Source: an uncultured Chloroflexia bacterium (lineage in GTDB: Bacteria > Chloroflexota > Limnocylindria > Limnocylindrales > CSP1-4). Taken from it: a stretch of 64,000 bases of DNA. The stretch is taken from positions 992,001 through 1,056,000 of the forward strand of contig CAVPPB010000003.1 of assembly GCA_963707215.1 (NCBI GenBank). Reading direction: 5' to 3'. The notes under the pieces are model-generated. The model worked only from the letters and a program-made list of their open reading frames with translations. It searched no databases and was not told the origin of the DNA. This document shows, piece after piece, positions 60,952 to 64,000 of the stretch (positions are counted from its first letter, which is position 1; each line of letters starts with the position of its first letter). The position numbers and the translations under genes are program-made.

Positions 60952-62369
60952 GCGCCCGCCCGGGGGACGCCAGGGGCGTCGTCGGCCACCTGCTCGGCCA
61001 CGGTCCGATCGGCCACGAACGCGGCGTGGGCCGGCGGGTGGGCACGACGCTCGCGGTTGCGGGCGAACGCCTCGGCGATCTCGCGGTCGAAGGGCGGCCG
61101 AAGGACGCCCTCGTCGGTGACGATCCCGGTGATGAGGTCGTGGGGAGTCACGTCGAAGGCCGGGTTGAAGGCCTCGCTGCCGGCCGGGGCGATCGACTGG
61201 CCGGCCAGCCGGGTCACCTCGGTCGCCGGACGCTCCTCGATCGGGATCGTCGATCCGTCGGGCAGCATCCGGTCGAACGACGTCAGCGGGGCGCAGACGT
61301 AGAAGGGCACGCCGTGGCGCGCCGCCAGCACGGCCAGCGGGTAGGTCCCGACCTTGTTGGCCGTGTCTCCGTTGGCCGCGATCCGGTCGGCCCCCACGAG
61401 GACGACGTCGACACGGCCAGCCGACAGCAACGAAGCCGCAGCGACATCGGGCAGCACGGCGTGGGGGACCCCTGCCTGCCCGAGCTCCCAGGCAGTCAGT
61501 CGGGCCCCCTGGAGCACGGGTCGGGTCTCGTCCACCCAGACGTGGACCGGGCGCTCGTCGTGGTGGAGGACCTGGACGATGCCGAGGGCCGTCCCGAACT
61601 GGCCGCAGGCGAGCGGCCCGGTATTGCAGTGGGTAAGGATCCGGAGCGGCCGGTCACCGGGATCAGGCATGGCATCGGCGCCGAAGCGGGCAAGCCGGCC
61701 ATGGTCGTCGGTCGCCTCGAAGACGATCGCCTCGGCCTCCGCTCGCAACGCATCGGCGACGGCCTGGCCATCCTCGTTGAGGTCGCCGACGGCATCGAGG
61801 CGAGCCAGCATCCGGTCGACGGCCCACTGCAGGTTGACCGCGGTCGGCCGGCTCCGCGCGAGCCCGGCCGCAGCCCCGCGGATCGACGCCCGGCGGGCGT
61901 ACGGACGGGTGGCCCGCAGCCGGTTGGCGGACAGCGCAAGGGCGATCGCGGCGACCTGACCGATGGCCGGAGCCCCGCGGACCGCGAGCTCCCGGATCGC
62001 CTGGACCGCATCCGAGGCGGACCGGATGTCGAGGTCCACGAGCTCGCCGGGCAGGCGTCGCTGATCGACGACATGGAGGACATCGCCGTCCCAGCGGAAG
62101 GCCGTCCGGAAGCCCATCGCCCCGATGCCGACCTTCGAGGGCACCGACATCCCCAGGCGGGCCGGTGCACCGTCCGGGTCCATGATGACCGCGGCAGCCT
62201 CGGCGGTCGTTCGCTGGATGGCCCCGGCGGCTCCGGCGACGGTCGCGGCGGTCTGGATCAGGTCCCCGGCGAGCTGGCGGAAGAACCGCCGTCGACCGAG
62301 GTCCGCCCCTTCGGTGTCGTCGGGCGTCGGACCCGGCGGGGACGCGTCGGGGAGTTCGCCGGGAGGCAA
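60948..62369 (-). CDS. mtnA: S-methyl-5-thioribose-1-phosphate isomerase with N-terminal extension
   Basis: DQRRLP, VRGAPAIG, RPTAVNL, THCNTGPLA, DETRPVLQGARLT, GADRIAANGDTANKVGT, NPAFDVTP. TTG start uncertain. Confidence 0.92.
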   Translation of the reverse strand: MPPGELPDASPPGPTPDDTEGADLGRRRFFRQLAGDLIQTAATVAGAAGAIQRTTAEAAAVIMDPDGAPARLGMSVPSKVGIGAMGFRTAFRWDGDVLHVVDQRRLPGELVDLDIRSASDAVQAIRELAVRGAPAIGQVAAIALALSANRLRATRPYARRASIRGAAAGLARSRPTAVNLQWAVDRMLARLDAVGDLNEDGQAVADALRAEAEAIVFEATDDHGRLARFGADAMPDPGDRPLRILTHCNTGPLACGQFGTALGIVQVLHHDERPVHVWVDETRPVLQGARLTAWELGQAGVPHAVLPDVAAASLLSAGRVDVVLVGADRIAANGDTANKVGTYPLAVLAARHGVPFYVCAPLTSFDRMLPDGSTIPIEERPATEVTRLAGQSIAPAGSEAFNPAFDVTPHDLITGIVTDEGVLRPPFDREIAEAFARNRERRAHPPAHAAFVADRTVAEQVADDAPGVPRAGA

Positions 62370-62378
62370 TGGACGACC

Positions 62379-62900
62379 CTAGTAGCGGATCACGCTCGTG
62401 ACCCGACGGTCGGACAGGCGTTCGCGACCCTTCAGGAAGTCGAGCTCGACGAGGAAGCTGAGACCGACGATCTCGCCCTGGAGCCGTTCGACGAGCTCGA
62501 TGGTCCCGCGGACGGTGCCGCCCGTGGCGAGGAGGTCGTCGACGATCAGGACCCGTTGGCCGGGCTGGATCGCATCGCGGTGGATCTCGAGCGTGTTGGA
62601 GCCGTATTCGAGGGCGTACTCGACCGACAGGACCTCGGCCGGCAGCTTGCCGAGCTTGCGGACCGGGACCAGGGCGGCCTCCAATGCGTAGGCCATCGGA
62701 GCGCTGAAGATGAAGCCCCTGGACTCCATACCAACGACGGCATCGATCTGCTCGTCCCGGTACGGCTCCAGCATCAGCTCGACGGCCTCCCTGAACGCCC
62801 CGGCGTCCTTGAGGAGCGTCGTGATGTCGTAGAAGAGGATGCCCGGCTTCGGGAAGTCGGGGATCTCGCGGATCTTGGCGCGCAGGTCCTCGGCGGACAT
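62379..62900 (-). CDS. apt: Adenine phosphoribosyltransferase
   Basis: IPDFPKPGILFYDIT, ESRGFI, RKLGKLP, YALEYG, VDDLLATGGT. Confidence 0.96.
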   Translation of the reverse strand: MSAEDLRAKIREIPDFPKPGILFYDITTLLKDAGAFREAVELMLEPYRDEQIDAVVGMESRGFIFSAPMAYALEAALVPVRKLGKLPAEVLSVEYALEYGSNTLEIHRDAIQPGQRVLIVDDLLATGGTVRGTIELVERLQGEIVGLSFLVELDFLKGRERLSDRRVTSVIRY

Positions 62901-63069
62901 GGCTGGCAGCTGCCTCCGGTGGTCCGTGGGCGGCGCCGGGACGGCGCCCAGGTCGGCTCGATTGGGCCTCGCCAGTCTACCCCAGCCCACGCCCGGTCCG
63001 ACCGCGCCGCGACCGACTGCTCCAAGGCTCCGTCCCAGGCGTCGTCGGTGGGCACTATCCTGTCGAGCC

Positions 63070-64000
63070 ATGGTCGATCGTCCGCTCCGGATCGCCGCCG
63101 CCCAGGCCCATCCGGCCTGGGGTCGCCCGGACGAGACCGCCCGCCGGGCGACGGAGTGGATCGCCCGGGCAGCCGCCGACGACGTCGGGCTGCTCGCCTT
63201 TGGCGAGACCTTCCTCGGCGGCTACCCGTTCTGGCTCTCGCTGACCGACGGTTCCCGCTTCGAGGACCCCGAGCAGAAGCGGGCCTACGCCTACTACCTG
63301 GATGCCGCCGTCGAGCTCGACGGACCCGAGGTCGGCGAGGTGGTCGAGGCTTCGCGGGACCACGGGCTCTTCACCTACATCGGCATCGCCGAGCGCGGCC
63401 CGGGACCGGCCCGGGGCACGGTCTTCTGCACCCTCGTCGCGATCGATCCGGAGCGCGGCGTGGTGAGCGCCCACCGCAAGCTCCAGCCGACCTACGAGGA
63501 GCGCCTCGCCTGGGGCCAGGGAGACGGCCATGGCCTGCGCGTCCACGCCCTGCCCGGCGGGCCGCGGGTCGGCGGACTCAACTGCTGGGAGAACTGGATG
63601 CCCCTGGCCCGGACGGCCATGTACGCCGGAGGGGAGGACATCCATGTCGCAGCCTGGCCGGGAGCGGTCCGGTTGACGGAGCCCTCGACCCGCTTCATCG
63701 CCGTGGAGGGCCGGGTCTACTGCCTGGCCGCCAGCGTCCTCCTGTCGATCGACGACATCGCGGCCGACTTCCCGCTACTCGAGGCCTGCCGGGAGGCGGC
63801 CGGCCGGGGCGGCGTCCTCTACGACGGCGGCTCCGCCGTGGCCGGGCCCGACGGGGCGTGGATCGTCGAGCCCGTCGCCCGGGAGGAACGGCTCGTGGTC
63901 GCCGAAGTCGACCCGGCGCGGGTACGCGAGGAGCGCCAGAACTTCGATCCGACCGGCCACTACAGCCGGCCGGACGTCCTGGAGCTGCGGGTCGATCGCC
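63070..64000 (+). CDS. Nitrilase (carbon-nitrogen hydrolase), truncated at window end
   Basis: Not in the ORF track. Manual translation: IAAAQ, FGETFLGGYP, HRKLQPTYEER, GGLNCWENWMPL (E-K-C triad), FDPTGHYSRPDV. Confidence 0.92.
   Translation, partial: MVDRPLRIAAAQAHPAWGRPDETARRATEWIARAAADDVGLLAFGETFLGGYPFWLSLTDGSRFEDPEQKRAYAYYLDAAVELDGPEVGEVVEASRDHGLFTYIGIAERGPGPARGTVFCTLVAIDPERGVVSAHRKLQPTYEERLAWGQGDGHGLRVHALPGGPRVGGLNCWENWMPLARTAMYAGGEDIHVAAWPGAVRLTEPSTRFIAVEGRVYCLAASVLLSIDDIAADFPLLEACREAAGRGGVLYDGGSAVAGPDGAWIVEPVAREERLVVAEVDPARVREERQNFDPTGHYSRPDVLELRVDR

Overview
Very GC-rich bacterial chromosomal window of mostly core metabolism. Gene content and style (RibXY-type riboflavin transporter, a small SWIM-finger protein, Pro/Ser-rich lipoprotein linkers, a sortase-type sorting signal, leaderless-looking genes) suggest Chloroflexota, possibly Limnocylindria/Ellin6529; this is inference only. 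I found no rRNA, tRNA, CRISPR array or mobile element. Blocks from left to right: two tandem LCP genes; a ~12.6 kb minus-strand operon lysC-birA-ECF sigma-putative anti-sigma-accD-accA-lysine-free BCCP paralog-accC-fabZ-metallophosphoesterase-fabF-accB-fabH-fabG; hom-thrC-thrB; trpS, an AI-2E transporter and surE; two tandem phytoene-desaturase-like FAD oxidoreductases divergent from a GcvT-like gene, with a shared operator-like motif; peptidase, aminotransferase and ABC exporter genes; cobalamin riboswitch-btuFCD; a three-gene secreted operon; GDP-mannose genes; a potADBC-like polyamine ABC importer; FMN riboswitch-riboflavin ABC importer; metK; a surface protein with a Pro/Ser/Glu stalk and LPDTA signal; kynU; apt-mtnA-GNAT-ahcY-S9 peptidase; a truncated nitrilase. 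Many genes at ~17.8-26.4 kb and ~29.8-30.7 kb carry 1-nt frameshifts, most likely long-read consensus errors. Best novelty candidates: (1) an acetyl-CoA carboxylase operon encoding a BCCP paralog with no lysine at all (non-biotinylatable, reminiscent of plant BADC regulators), together with an ECF/anti-sigma pair and a metallophosphoesterase; (2) a putative split FAD-oxidoreductase + GcvT demethylation module; (3) an unexplained ~155-nt structured intergenic element; (4) a secreted metzincin-like protein with an Asp-for-His zinc motif.
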